NCBI RefSeq assembly: GCF_006345805.1
Contig: NC_043005.1
Location: forward strand, 59,086,001 to 59,150,000
Length of the DNA stretch: 64,000 bases
Direction: 5' to 3'
Source of the DNA: Octopus sinensis
Lineage: Eukaryota
Positions 24,856-36,662 of this stretch are shown in pieces. Below the pieces are notes generated by a model. The model searched no databases. It saw nothing but the letters and a program-made list of their open reading frames with translations, and was not told where the DNA came from. How positions within the stretch are numbered: the first letter of the stretch is position 1; each line of letters begins with the position of its first letter. The translations under genes were made by a program, and so were the position numbers.

Positions 24856-25150
24856 TTGTTATCGCTAGGCTTAACTCATCGTAAAGTCAATACCACCATG
24901 ACTGATATCCAATCTACAGTGGAGAAGGCTAGCCACTGGATTTGGTTAAAAAAAGACGATGAGTGATGGCTAGAAGTATATTGAGTTCTTCATAACCAGC
25001 TGATCTAGGAAGCGGGGCCTCATATCAGTGAGGGGGCCCAGTGCGCATTGATGCCATCGAGAGGTAGGCCCCGAAGCGGCGCGCATTCTCTCCTGATGAC
25101 CCCATACACTTGCTAGCTTCCAGTATACGGAGCTTTTAACTGGTAGCACT
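24856..25150 (+). mobile_element. REL-endonuclease LINE (HERO/NeSL-like) extreme 3' end plus GC-rich 3' UTR
   Basis: LLSLGLTHRKVNTTMTDIQSTVEKASHWIWLKKDDE*WLE resembles the A.E(K/R)AS.W.WLKR C-terminus of HERO-type ORFs; followed by a CpG-rich UTR. Confidence 0.5.
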
Positions 25151-25172
25151 TGCATGTGCAAGTTGTTTGCAA

Positions 25173-25214
<42 letters not shown>

Positions 25215-25624
25215 TCAGTGGCAACTCCAACACTCGGCCTGTCCGGGCTTAGCCCAAGTATAAATTTAGTAGAGTGAACATGAATTTGCAAGCTGATTTA
25301 ATTTCTGCCAACACTGACTTTGAGTATGTCATTGCAGCTAATAACTCAGGCTCCTTTTATTGAACCTGGTCACAGTTCATTTACTTTTGTTCAGCATCTG
25401 GTAGTTGTCTTAAAGGTGCCCTGTGTCAAAAAATATCATTTGTAGCAGACATTCTCTCCACATCATTCACACACACACCTGACTTGGGCTCAGAAGTTAT
25501 AGCCTAAGTTATTATCTATAATTTAAAAAATTAAAAGTAATTCAAATTCAATGTTTTCTTGTACCAATAAATTTCTATAGAGATTACGATTTAAATTCCA
25601 ATCTATGAAAAGTTTCCGTTTGTC

Positions 25625-26152
25625 AGGCAATCTGCTGTGCTTGAGAAGACCTATTGAGTCAAGTAAAATCGAAATCAAAATGAAAATCGCAGTTGTGTTC
25701 AGGTGGCACATAATAAGCACCATTCAAGTGTGGGTCGATGCCAGTGCTGCCTGACTGGCTCCCCATGCTGCTGGTATGTAAAGAGCACCATCCGAATGTG
25801 GTCGATGCCAGTTCCTCCCGACTGGCTCCTCTGCTGGTGGCATGTAAAAAGCACCATCTGAATGTGGTCGATGCCAATTCCTCCCTGACTGGCTCCTGTG
25901 CTGGTGGCATGTGAAAAGTACCGTCTGAACATGGTTGATGCTAGTGCTGCCTGACTGGCTCCCATACCAGTGATTCATAAAAAGCACCCACTACACTCTT
26001 AAAGTGGTTGGTGTTAGGAAGGGCATCCAGCTGTAGAAACCTTGCCAGATAAGATTGGTGCCTAGTGCAGCCTACTGGTGTTGCCAGTCCTCAGTCAAAC
26101 CATCCTATACCTATACCCACATGGAAAACGGATGTTAAATGATGATGATGAA
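25625..26152 (+). mobile_element. RTE LINE 3' end with internal ~67-bp tandem array
   Basis: GCTGTGCTTGAGAAGACC ORF end; 4+ units with GCACC anchors at 25717, 25785, 25851, 25918 and 25984; AGGAAGGGCATCCAGCTGTAGAAAC; (ATG)n tail. Confidence 0.8.
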
Positions 26153-29100
26153 TAAAGAATTATCCAGCTACTTGGGCTAATATGAATGAGCCTAGTAGGT
26201 GTAAAAGACTAACTGGCATCTCTTGTCAAGAGTGCAGGTGACAGTCAGATCATTGATGTTTGTTGTACACTCCGCTGTCATTATTTGATTGCCGTTATTC
26301 TGTGTGTCTGTGTGTAAAGATTAGTTGTGTTTTGTAGGGTTGCTTTATTTTTACTCTTAACTTAAAAATGGAGAAAGACATAGTGCTAGATATAAAAAAA
26401 AATAAGCCATTTGGATCTAGAAATAAAGCAAGCAGTAAAACATGAAATTCTTTGAGCAGGCATGTGTCTTATACAAAAGCTGTGATGAGCCCGAGGGATG
26501 CTGATGACCTGGAGTCACTTCTGATACACACACACACACATACAGAGCTGGGCATAAGTCCGTTATTCTGTTAATTGTTAATTAAACAAAGTTAACATTT
26601 TCATTAACAGTTTAACTTTTAAGCTGACTTTGAAAATCATTACTGAACTAATTAACTTCCGTTACATTTAGCTTCTGTTAACCCAAAAATTTTATAAAAA
26701 CTGGTAAATGTTTAAAACTTTCAATTGTTTGCAGATTGTCTTAACATATTTAATAATGTACGCGTCATTCTTTCAGCCTTTTTTAGGCACTTTAAAATTT
26801 TAAACTATAAAATCAGCATTTTTTAACTCTAAATCAATAAAAAAAAAAACTATAGTTTTTGGGTTCTAAAGCCCTCAAAATGCCAAAAAAGCTGATTTTA
26901 TAGTTTTGGCACCTTTTACCCTTTAGTGTTTAAACTGGCCCAAACCTGTTGTATCTAATTCCTCTGTGAAATCTTTTTAAAAGATAAATAATTCACGTTA
27001 GTGAATTCTAGTAGTTTTGAGATAATGTGAGGTCTTTTCTCCCAGAAAGCACAGAACTGGGAGAAAAGCAAAATTAACTGAGGTTTATGTCAACAGTGAA
27101 AATATTGATTTCCATAAAGTGGAAAAAATAAATGGAAGGAAAAAAGTTGGTAAATATTTATGTGTAAACGCAAATAGCTGTTACGTGGTAACAGGGCATT
27201 CTAGAAATAGCAGCCAATTCTTTCCTTTTCTAGAAGGGGAACCGTTTATGCATGATTTTGATGTCACATTCGTTGAAAGTATGCAAAATAACCTGGGAAA
27301 AAAAAGACCCGCGAAACAAAACTGCCTTGGTGAGAAACTTTGAGGTGCCCACCACCACTCCCACCTTTCTTTTCCATTACATTTTCAAAGAATTAATGGA
27401 TTAATGATTAATGAAGTTAACTTTTCAATTAACAGTGTCCACCTGTGTGTGTATGTGTGTGTATATATTTATAGGAGCTACTGCAATGACTTTGAATATG
27501 TCTTCTAATTCAGGACTGGCCCAGAGTGAAACAACAACATTTATGTCCATGGACCCAGGGTCATTGTAAAGTAGGTGTCTTTGCAACTGAGAGACAGCAG
27601 CAAAGGGGACAACATATGATGTATTGATGCTGTATTGAGTAACTTGACATCAAATACTCCATTACTTTGATTGTGTTTTTCCTGTCTATCCATTTGATAA
27701 TGAACATTAGATACTGGATAAGGGATAGTGGATGCTCATATGTCTAGCATATGCTCACACACGACTACATATAAGTAATGCTAATAATATTGATTTTAAA
27801 TTTTAATATCTATGAATTGGTCACATTCGGTTCAGTCATGTTTTCAACTAAAATAAGACATCAATGGGAAAATATATAAAAGAAAATGCTAAGTTAATAT
27901 TGAAACCAAATATCAAAAGACAAGCATTGAATGATGCCTGTCTATGGACAGAGACGAAAGTGTAGAAAAATAGAAAAAGGAAATGTAAAACAAAAAAAAA
28001 GAACTTGATGCCAGAATTGAACATCTCATGATTAAGTGTTTCCACTGAAGTTGCTATGACAACAAGCTGATTCATATTTTTTTGTTAGCTATAGTTCTTA
28101 AAATATTTAATATTTCATTACATAATCAAATTTGAAGAAGAAACTTTGATAATGTTAAAGTGTAAAAGCATAAATTGTGATTACAACCAAAAGGGATGAT
28201 AGTCATAATTATCTGGTTGGCCAAGGTTGGGTTAATTTGGTACAATCAGGAGATTTTTGGTGAGGAACAATCCATTAATTAATGGTATTGTCTGTGAAGT
28301 TCTGTTGTTTGTGGATGGTGTGGTAGAGGTGATCTTAACTTCCCAGACACTGAATTATACTTTAGCAAAGTAGCATTATATTTCATGCTAACTTCAGCTA
28401 TACGTAAAGCAGTTTATGTATAACTACTGAGATTTTTCTGTCTAATACTGAAATGTCATCAAATATTCTAGATGACTCTGTTATTATATGAAGTGTATGA
28501 GAATGACTAATGGCAGATCGCCAAGTTGGCAAGGAACCAGAGATCAGTGGCTTGTAACCTTCACACTTTTCTCTGTTCATGGCATGACACTTAGCATCGA
28601 ACAGTCCAATTTACAGTCATAAGTAATTACCATAACAGCAATAGTTATATCATGTGGCTGTGGCATAGATATTTCATTCTCAGTCACATAGTCTACGTCA
28701 GCTTTGAGAAACTTGTTGTTTACTCAGGTCAATGGGCTTATGATTAAAGATGTTCTAACCACGATCCTTTGATCTATTGCTTTAAGCATAGGGTGTCTAG
28801 GCCATAAAACAGTGGACAGGCAAGCAACTGTCTTCATTTTCTTCAGCCAGCCACCACTGAGATGCCTCTCATCACACCATGCTTGAAATTCCTATCTTCC
28901 ATTATCTTTAGCAGGTCCTTAACCACATGTTATGTATACCTGTCAATAATAGCATCAATGTCATTGAGAAGGACATACACAACATCTTAAATGGCATATC
29001 AAATGTAATATACAGCAATAGTCTACTTAGCTGTAAATAATTTGTTATTGTTTAGATTTAAGTCTGCTGCATCCGACTGGACCTCTGATCAATGGCATTT

Positions 29101-29230
29101 GACGTTATGGCCATGCCATCCATTTTTCTAAGCACCGTGTGTCTACAATGTAAAACTGTGGATGGATAACCAGCCTATATACCATCTGCCAAGAACAGCC
29201 CTAAACTGATTACAGAAGCAAGCATTCATT

Positions 29231-29463
29231 GGGTGAGTGAGCTGGCAGAAACGTTAGTATGCCAGGTGAAATGCTTAGTGGTATTTCATCTGCCACTATG
29301 TTCTGAGTTCAAATTCCGCCAAGGTCGACTTTGCCTTTCATCTTTTCAAGATCAATAAATTAAGTACCAGTTACGCACTGGGGTCGATGTAATTGACTTA
29401 ATCCGTTTGTCTGTTCTTGTTTGTCCCTTCTATGTTTAGTCCCTTGTGAACAATAAAGAAATA
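29231..29463 (+). mobile_element. SINE family A with 16-bp TSD
   Basis: Flanked by AGAAGCAAGCATTCAT on both sides. Confidence 0.9.
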
Positions 29464-29639
29464 AGAAGCAAGCATTCATCAAAGAAATTGCTTTGATCTG
29501 ATGGCATGAGGAAGCAGAGAGAGACATAGTTACTTTTACTGGTTTGTGGTAGCATTGGTATCTAACTTCAGGTAAAACCAATAAATCTATAATCAAAGGT
29601 GTTTTAGCCATGACTATTCCACTAATTATTTTTTTAGAC

Positions 29640-30000
29640 ACATATGATTATCTAGGACAGAATTATCAAATTTTTCCTTTTTTACTAAGGTGGCTGTGAT
29701 CGAAGGGGATTTTGTTGCTGTTTCTAGAATGTTGAACAGCCATGTAAAAACTTTCAAAGGCTTGGTTGTACATAACATGACAGGATAGAGCCTAACATTG
29801 TGGCACCCATTGTAAGATCTATTACAGTTAAGCCTACATGTGTTATTTTGTGGTGATGATTTAAATAACCACAGGGCTACAAATATACTGGCATGGTATC
29901 TTGTATGAAAGTTGTGTCCCAACTGCTTCAAGGCATGAAAGCTGTGACAAAGATGGATCCATTTGTGGTAAAATTAGTTTGCATAGTTGTATAGTATCCT
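29640..30000 (+). pseudogene. Possible very old RTE RT C-terminal fragment
   Basis: DYLGQ..GGCD..KTFKGL..GILYESCVPTASRHES loosely matches YLGD..GGGCS..KFREL..GRLYDACVRTAMLHGS. Confidence 0.3.
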
Positions 30001-30426
30001 GTAAAGATGAGTGTGCAATGCTTCCTGCAATGGAAACACCTGTGATATGGTTAAAAGCACTTGTGTGTAGAAATTTGCCATAATTGTGTCAGGGAAGAAG
30101 AAATTTCTGTCTGCCTTATATTGTCCAGTTTTCTTTGCTATAAATTGGTATTGCAAGATAAAATCAGCTACAACACAATAAAACCATGGGCTAATTGGCT
30201 CCACTTCTCCAAGCTAACATTGCTTAGATATATAACACTTTGACTGATGTCTTCAACCTTACCTCCAAGTTTCATTTGATTTTGACTGCTGTCAGTACTT
30301 TATGTAGGAAGCATTTAGCATATTTGCAGAGGTGATATGTTACTGTGGGTTAGTGTATTTGTTGATTGAAACATTGATTTTGTGTATATTATTTTTAACA
30401 CTTTTTTTAACAATTTCTGCTAGGAG

Positions 30427-30464
<38 letters not shown>

Positions 30465-31623
30465 AGGTGCAGGCAAATAGAGAAAGGTTCGAAGTAGATG
30501 TTGTTGAACGTATATTTAATATTTGAGTTTTGGTTGCCTTAGGCTACTACAGTATATTCCGACGATAGGAAAGATAATTTAACAAAACTGAGATTTTTTC
30601 TTCTTCCATATTTTCATGCAGGAATTATTTATAATATTATATATATGTTATTTTTCACATTTCTCTTGTGTGTAGGTAATAGTTTTACTACATTAGTTCA
30701 CATGTCTCACTCAATCAAACTTTTCTTGATGTTATAGCAACATGAAAACCAACAAAATAAATATGTAAATGATTTTTATTCTACGTAGTCAAATGTGATC
30801 GGCGAACAGAATATAATTGCAAGACAGCATTGCCTGAAATAGAATACTAAGCATATTCAAAGACCTAGTCTTCAGTGAGATTCCAGCTGTACAACGGAAA
30901 CTGATAGTAATAATGATTTTTAACAAAGACACAAGAACCGAAATTTGATGATAGGGGTTTAGTAATTTATATGAATCCCAGTAATTTATTGGTGTCATAT
31001 ATCATCAATATTGGAGGGATGAAAGGCAAAAATGGCCTCAGCAGGAATTATTTTCAGAACATGAAGATGTAAAACAAATACTACAAGCGATTTTTTCTGA
31101 TTCTATAATGATTCTTTCACTTTTCTAATAATTGTTTCTAAGATGGGCAGAAAACCTGAAATCTAGGGGAAGGAGTTAGTTGATGAAATCAACTCCAATT
31201 ACTGATTGGCACTTTATTTCATTGATCCCAGTAGGAAAAAAGGCAAAGGTGACCTCACCTTGATTTGAACTCAGAGCAAAATGAATCATAAACCGACTAA
31301 ATTGATGGACTCCCTTGCTGCAACTGACAGATGAGGGATCTACAATTTCTTGCTGAACAACCGTGTAGAAAATTTGTTTATAGGGATTAAAAGTTTGTGC
31401 TGTACATTAGCTCACTCCTAACATCAAATTCACTCTGCTTGTACATGTGCAACAATGTGCCACATGGCAGATGTTGATGATCGATCACAGAGCAATGTGA
31501 AGTGGAGTGTTTCGCTCAAGAATGCAATGCACCACAAGTTCCTGGGATAGATGCCATGATCTTGCAATCATGAGTGCAACGCCCTAATCACTATGTCACA
31601 CACTTCCAATGCAACCGCATTAG

Positions 31624-31740
31624 TACTAGTAGTGGTGGTGGTGGTGGTGGTGGTGGTAGTGGTGGTGGTGGTGGTGGTGGTGGTGGTGGTGGTGGTGGTG
31701 ATGGTGGTGGTGGTGGTAACAGCAGTGAGGTGGAGGAGGA
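31624..31740. repeat. (GGT)n microsatellite
   Basis: Direct inspection; source of the poly-G/V/H/T ORFs. Confidence 0.95.
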
Positions 31741-31754
31741 GGAAAGGACGGAGA

Positions 31755-32085
31755 AAACTCAGAGAACCATGCAGTATCTGTTGAAAAGGAGTCAAAAGTA
31801 TTAACCATCTTGTAAGTGAATGCAGTAAGCTAGTACAAAAAAAAAGAGAAAAGAAGTGAAAGTGCAGGTATGATTGTGTTTTAAAAGAGAGCCTTAGGAT
31901 GTTAGCTGAGTTTGTGGCTCCGAAGTGATAGAAAAGTGATATGGACCATACCCAAAGGCTGTAATGGTGAGCAATAATCCCAGGATTTTATGGTCAGTCT
32001 CTATAAAGACTGACCATACTCTGGAAGTAAGGAAACCAGATATGATTGTTGAGGACTTAGTGAATCAAGTAAAGCCATGGAAATG
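31755..32085 (+). mobile_element. R4/Dong-like LINE fragment (CCHC knuckle and start of REL domain)
   Basis: PCSIC*KGVKSINHLVSECSKL..PKAVMVSNNPRILWSVSIKTDHTLEVRKPDMIV. Confidence 0.7.
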
Positions 32086-32158
32086 TCTAGTAACATAGAA
32101 GATGGAACTCACTGAGTTAAAAACAGATTTATTATGAAATCATTAATAAGCATTAATA

Positions 32159-32576
32159 GGCGTAGGAGTGGCTGTGTGATAAGTAGTTTGCTTACGAACC
32201 ACATGGTTCCGGGTTCAGTCCCACTGTGTGGCACCTTGGGCAAGTGTCTTCTACTATAGCCTCGGGCCGACCAAAACCTTGTGAGTGGATTTGGTAGACG
32301 GAAGCTGAAAGAAGCCTGACGTATATATGTATATATATATATATGTATGTGTGTGTATATGTTTGTGTGTCTGTGTTTGTTCCCCCAACATCTCTTGGCA
32401 ACCGATGCTAGTGTGTTTACATCCTTGTAACTTAACGGTTCAGCAAATGAGACCCAATAGAATAAGTACTAGGCTTACAAAGAATAAGTCCTGAGGTCGA
32501 TATGCTCGACTAAAGGTGGTGCTCCAGCATGGCCACGATCAAATGGCTGAAAAAAGTAAAAGTGTAAAAGAGTAAA
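32159..32576 (+). mobile_element. SINE family B, full length (CORE-like; reminiscent of octopus OR-type SINEs)
   Basis: A-box TGGCTGTGTGA, B-box GGTTCAGTCCC, CORE-like GGCACCTTGGGCAAGTGTCTT, internal (TA/TG)n, (GTAAAA)n-like tail. Confidence 0.9.
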
Positions 32577-32851
32577 CACAAAATTTGATGAGGTTTCTCC
32601 AGCTTCTAATTTCTGGTAGTTATTTACTTTGTGAACACATTTGAAGCACAAAAGATTTCTGATGCTTTCTCTCACTAACTATTTTAAATCTAAACATTGA
32701 AAGTTCATTGAAGCAAGCAATGTCTAGTGTTTACATTTCTTTTTCATGAAACCATTAATCAGGTAAAATGCTTAATATATATATATATATTGATAGAAAT
32801 GGTAAGACAGCAAAAGAAAGAGACCTCGATATTATGTAAATAGAGGAATTT

Positions 32852-33231
32852 ATCTGTAAATGTAATGTGACAATTATTCGGTAGCCATGATAAAACTCCG
32901 AGTTTTGGATGCTAAGGTGGAAATCCACGCCACCATCTCTTCAGTTATCGGGCCATCGAAAAAATGCTATGAAAATGACCATTATACAAAGGGAAATAAC
33001 TGTGTGATTGACTGTTATTAAGACAAAAGAGCTTGGTCATTCAAATAGCTCTTTTTTCTTAATAACGGTCAATCACACAGTAATTTCCCTTTGCTTAACG
33101 GTCATTTTTCATAGCATTTTTCCGATGGCTGGATAACTGAAGAGATGGTGGCATGGATTTCCACTTCGGCATCCAAAACTCGGAGTTTTATCATGGCTAC
33201 CGAATAATTGTCACATATTACATTTACAGAT
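32852..33231. repeat. Long near-perfect palindrome (~180-bp arms, 13-nt loop), fold-back/MITE-like
   Basis: Arms 32852-33033 and 33047-33231 are reverse complements with few mismatches. Confidence 0.9.
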
Positions 33232-33284
33232 ATATATATATATATATATACATATATATATACATACATATATATATATATACT

Positions 33285-33480
33285 GCACGCATTTTTTCTC
33301 TCCTTCTTTCTGTGTTTTTTTTCTCTGTGTATCTTTCTGTTGAAGAGCGTAGGCTCGAAACGTTAAAGACTTGTTTTATTTATATTTCCTGAGCGCCATA
33401 CTAATACAATTGTTTGTTTGTTTTCCACCTGCCTTCGTCTTTTGTCTATTTTCATAAAGCTTCCCGTTATATATATATAT
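33285..33480 (+). mobile_element. Penelope-like pseudo-LTR remnant (family P2)
   Basis: Between (TA)n tracts; homologous to 4650-4855 and 37795-37975. Confidence 0.65.
33332..33369 (+). ncRNA. Variant minimal hammerhead motif (CUGUUGA core)
   Basis: UCUUU-CUGUUGA-A-GAGC-GUAG-GCUC-GAAA-CGUU-AAAGA: 5-bp stem I, 4-bp stem II, self-complementary AACGUU; A6 replaced by U. Confidence 0.55.
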
Positions 33481-34614
33481 ATATATGTACATATATTTAT
33501 ATATTTATGTATGTATGTATATATTAGACAAAATGAGATAACAAAGCCAAGGAATTTTCAGGACTCTTATAAAGAAAAGGATATAGATTTAGTCCTACAG
33601 CCGTTTCTGGGATATTATGGATATCCCTTCATCAGATATATATATATATAAACATATTTTATACAAGAATTGAAAGGAAATGCAAAATTAGTATGGTGCA
33701 TCTGAACAGATTTATAAAAAAAAGTGAAAGCTAAAGACTAAAACGTTGGTCACCTAAATTATATTAGCAAGAAGTAGAAGAAATAATGATTATGGATATA
33801 ATAGTGGTGGTGATGGTGGTGGTGGTAAAGGTGGTGTCATTGATGGTGGAAGTGTTGTTGATATTGCTGGTGGTAGTCATGAGGTGCCAGCTTTGTTGTA
33901 ACAGTGGCAGGCATTTGAGGCGATGACATTTGTGATGGTAGTAGCATTGGTAGTAGTGGTGGTGGTAGTGGAGATTGTGGGGATTAATAGTGGTGGCAGT
34001 GGTGTTGATGCTGATGTTGGTGATGACAGTTTTACAGTTTTCAAACTTATCTTGTTTTAATTCCTGTGTGCTTTGTAGTATTTTCATATTTATTTCATGT
34101 TTTTTTTTTCAATTTTTAATCTGTCTTTTGCATTACATCCTCACCCTCTCTCCATCGTTTTATAAACTTAGTTTGTCCAGCCACACACACACACACACAC
34201 ACATTGAAAAATGTATTGCTTTCAATCTTCATCTTTAACTTGTAGCTTTTGAGCCCTTGTGGCTAATAATGAAATCCTCTAAAAGTATTGGAAAACATTC
34301 TTTGTGGTATTTCTTCTGGCTATTTACTGGTTCTGAGATCAAATCCCACTAAGGTTAACTTTAATCTTTAATCCTTTTGAAGCCTATAATATAAAGTACT
34401 TGACTAAACCGCCTCCCACAAAATTGCTGGCCCTGTGCCAATATTAGAAAATATTCATCATCCTCGTCATCATCATCATTTGGAAGGTTTGATGGGCTGG
34501 GAAGCTTAAGGACTGCACCAGGCTCCTATTGTCTGTTTTGGCATGGTTTGTACAACTGGATCCCTTCCTAATGCACTGAGGTATTTTTTCTATATGGCAC
34601 CAACATCTGTATGT

Positions 34615-35690
34615 ATGCAGTCTTCTTCTTTAACAAAATCCCCAAAATGACTTTCAAATTACTTTTGCAGGAATTTAATTTTTCTCGACATATTTTATAA
34701 AATTTCCCCATTATTCTCAGTAGCCTCATTCTTGGTTTTTTTTAATCTAAAAAGAATCTGGTTCAAATTATTATTTCCTAAAAGAATGCTGAAAAGTTTT
34801 AATTTCATCTTCAATGCATTGATATCCTTTGCTGAGACAGGAAACAGTTCTGTTCATACTCTTCAGTTTCAATTTTAGACGATTGACATATCAGGTTTCA
34901 CCATCTAAAAATACCAAATCAAATAATCGATCGTTATGACTAAAATAGGATGTTTCTTTGGGCAGTTCATTTTATTTTTCTTGAAACTTATGAATAGAAT
35001 TTTTTTTTACTTTCCAAAGTCTGCTCAGACAGAACTTGTCATTTAGAGAGCAAGCACACGTCATTATGGAAGATAAAATCACCATATTCCAAATCCAAAG
35101 CCTCATAATATTCTCTGAATTCTTGTCTGTGTAATGCTCTTGTTCATATTTTACTCTTATATTTCACAGTTTTTAATATAACATGTCACAATGCAAACTT
35201 TCCTATACAATGACTCTTGATTGAATATTTAATGCAGTGATGTTTCTGAAAGGAATAACCTAAAAAAATATTTGAACAAATTTGTATTCAAAATGGCTTT
35301 ACCCATTATTGACAAAGTTCCATCATGACAAATATTAATAAATTACTGAAATTTACTTCTAGTTTTTAAAAAATATAACTTTACTTCACTAAATATATTC
35401 AAACCTCTTATTCCATGAAGCAACTTAAAACTGGCAAGTTCTTCACAGATGCTAAAATTGTCTTCAATTCCTTTTACAAAAATGGTTAATTGATGATGAG
35501 GATGAGGATGATAGGAGTTCTATACCAATAGAGTTTATCTAATACTCACAATGTTCTTCATAGCACTGTCAGGTCAAGCTTTTCTGGAAGTTGTCTATAG
35601 TCCGCAAACTCAAAATCATTTGAATTGACTGCTAGGTTTATTTTCATTGGTGCCATGAGTTTCTCTGAGAATATGTTTCCTCATTTACAC
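34615..35690 (-). mobile_element. hAT (Buster/Charlie, GTF2IRD2-like) transposase pseudogene
   Basis: QLTIFVKGIEDNFSICEELASFKLLHG..ICHDGTLSIMGK..RALHRQEFREYYEALDLEYGDFIFHNDVCLLSK*QVLSRLW..DINALKMKLKLF. Confidence 0.8.
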
Positions 35691-35749
35691 CACAAATTTT
35701 TTTTGATGCAAAAACTGACACACCACTGACCAACAATACAGATGTTTGA

Positions 35750-35968
35750 TACTCTTTTACTTGTTTCAGTCATTTGAGGGTGGCCATGCTGGAGCACCGC
35801 CTTTAGTCGACCAAATCGACCCCAGGACTTATTCTTTGTAAGCCTAGTACTTATTCTATTGGTCTCTTTGCCGAACTGCTAAGTTACGGGGACGTAAACA
35901 CATCAGCATCAGTTGTCAAGCGATGTTGGGGGGACAAACATATTCACACAAACATACATATATATATA

Positions 35969-36023
<55 letters not shown>

Positions 36024-36170
36024 CAGTCTTCTTTCAGTTTCCATCTACCAAATCCACTCACAAGGCTTTGGTCGGCCCGAGGCTATAGAAGAAGACACTT
36101 GCTCAAAGTTCCACACAGTGGGACTGAACCCGGAACCATGTGGTTTGTAAGCAAGCTACTTACCACACAT
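35750..36170 (-). mobile_element. SINE family B, full length
   Basis: Reverse complement of 32159-32576. Confidence 0.9.
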
Positions 36171-36426
36171 TCATTTGACTCAAAGATGTAGTTCTGTCAA
36201 AGAAATGTGCAGTGGAAAAGCAAGTTTTGCATATCATGTCCACTTACCATCAAGGAACAACTACAAATGCAACATCTTCAGCTTGTGCTGGGGATTTCTT
36301 AGTTTCGAATTATGAAGCCTACCAAATGGAGCAGGGGTTGACATAGAGGCAAGTGCACACATGCATGTAAGTATGCACACACAGACATAGACACACACAC
36401 ACATACACAATGGAATTCTTTCAGTT

Positions 36427-36662
36427 TCCTATTTCTTTATTATACACAAGGGGGCTAAACATAGAGGGAACAAACAAGGACAGACAGAGGAATTAAGTCG
36501 ATTACATCGACCCCAGCGCATAACTGGTACTTAATTTATCGATCCCTAAAGGATGAAAGGCAAAGTCAACCTCGGCAGAATTTGAACTCAAAACATAATG
36601 GCAGACGAAATACTGCTAAGCATTTAGCCCGGCATGCTAACGTTTCTGCCGGCTCACCGCCT
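36427..36662 (-). mobile_element. SINE family A nested in an older CORE-like SINE
   Basis: Complete copy; host TTTCA(G/A)TTTCC duplicated on both sides. Confidence 0.85.

Noticed and set aside
25700-26000. CRISPR-like periodic repeats
   Set aside because: Whole-unit tandem repeats without unique spacers, in a eukaryotic LINE UTR
26543-27446. Possible hAT-like element with CAGAGCTGGGCA terminus and TTAAC-rich subtermini
   Set aside because: Right terminus matches poorly and no TSD was found
30780-30850. Possible terminal exon VKCDRRTEYNCKTALPEIEY*
   Set aside because: No homology recognised and no upstream exon identified
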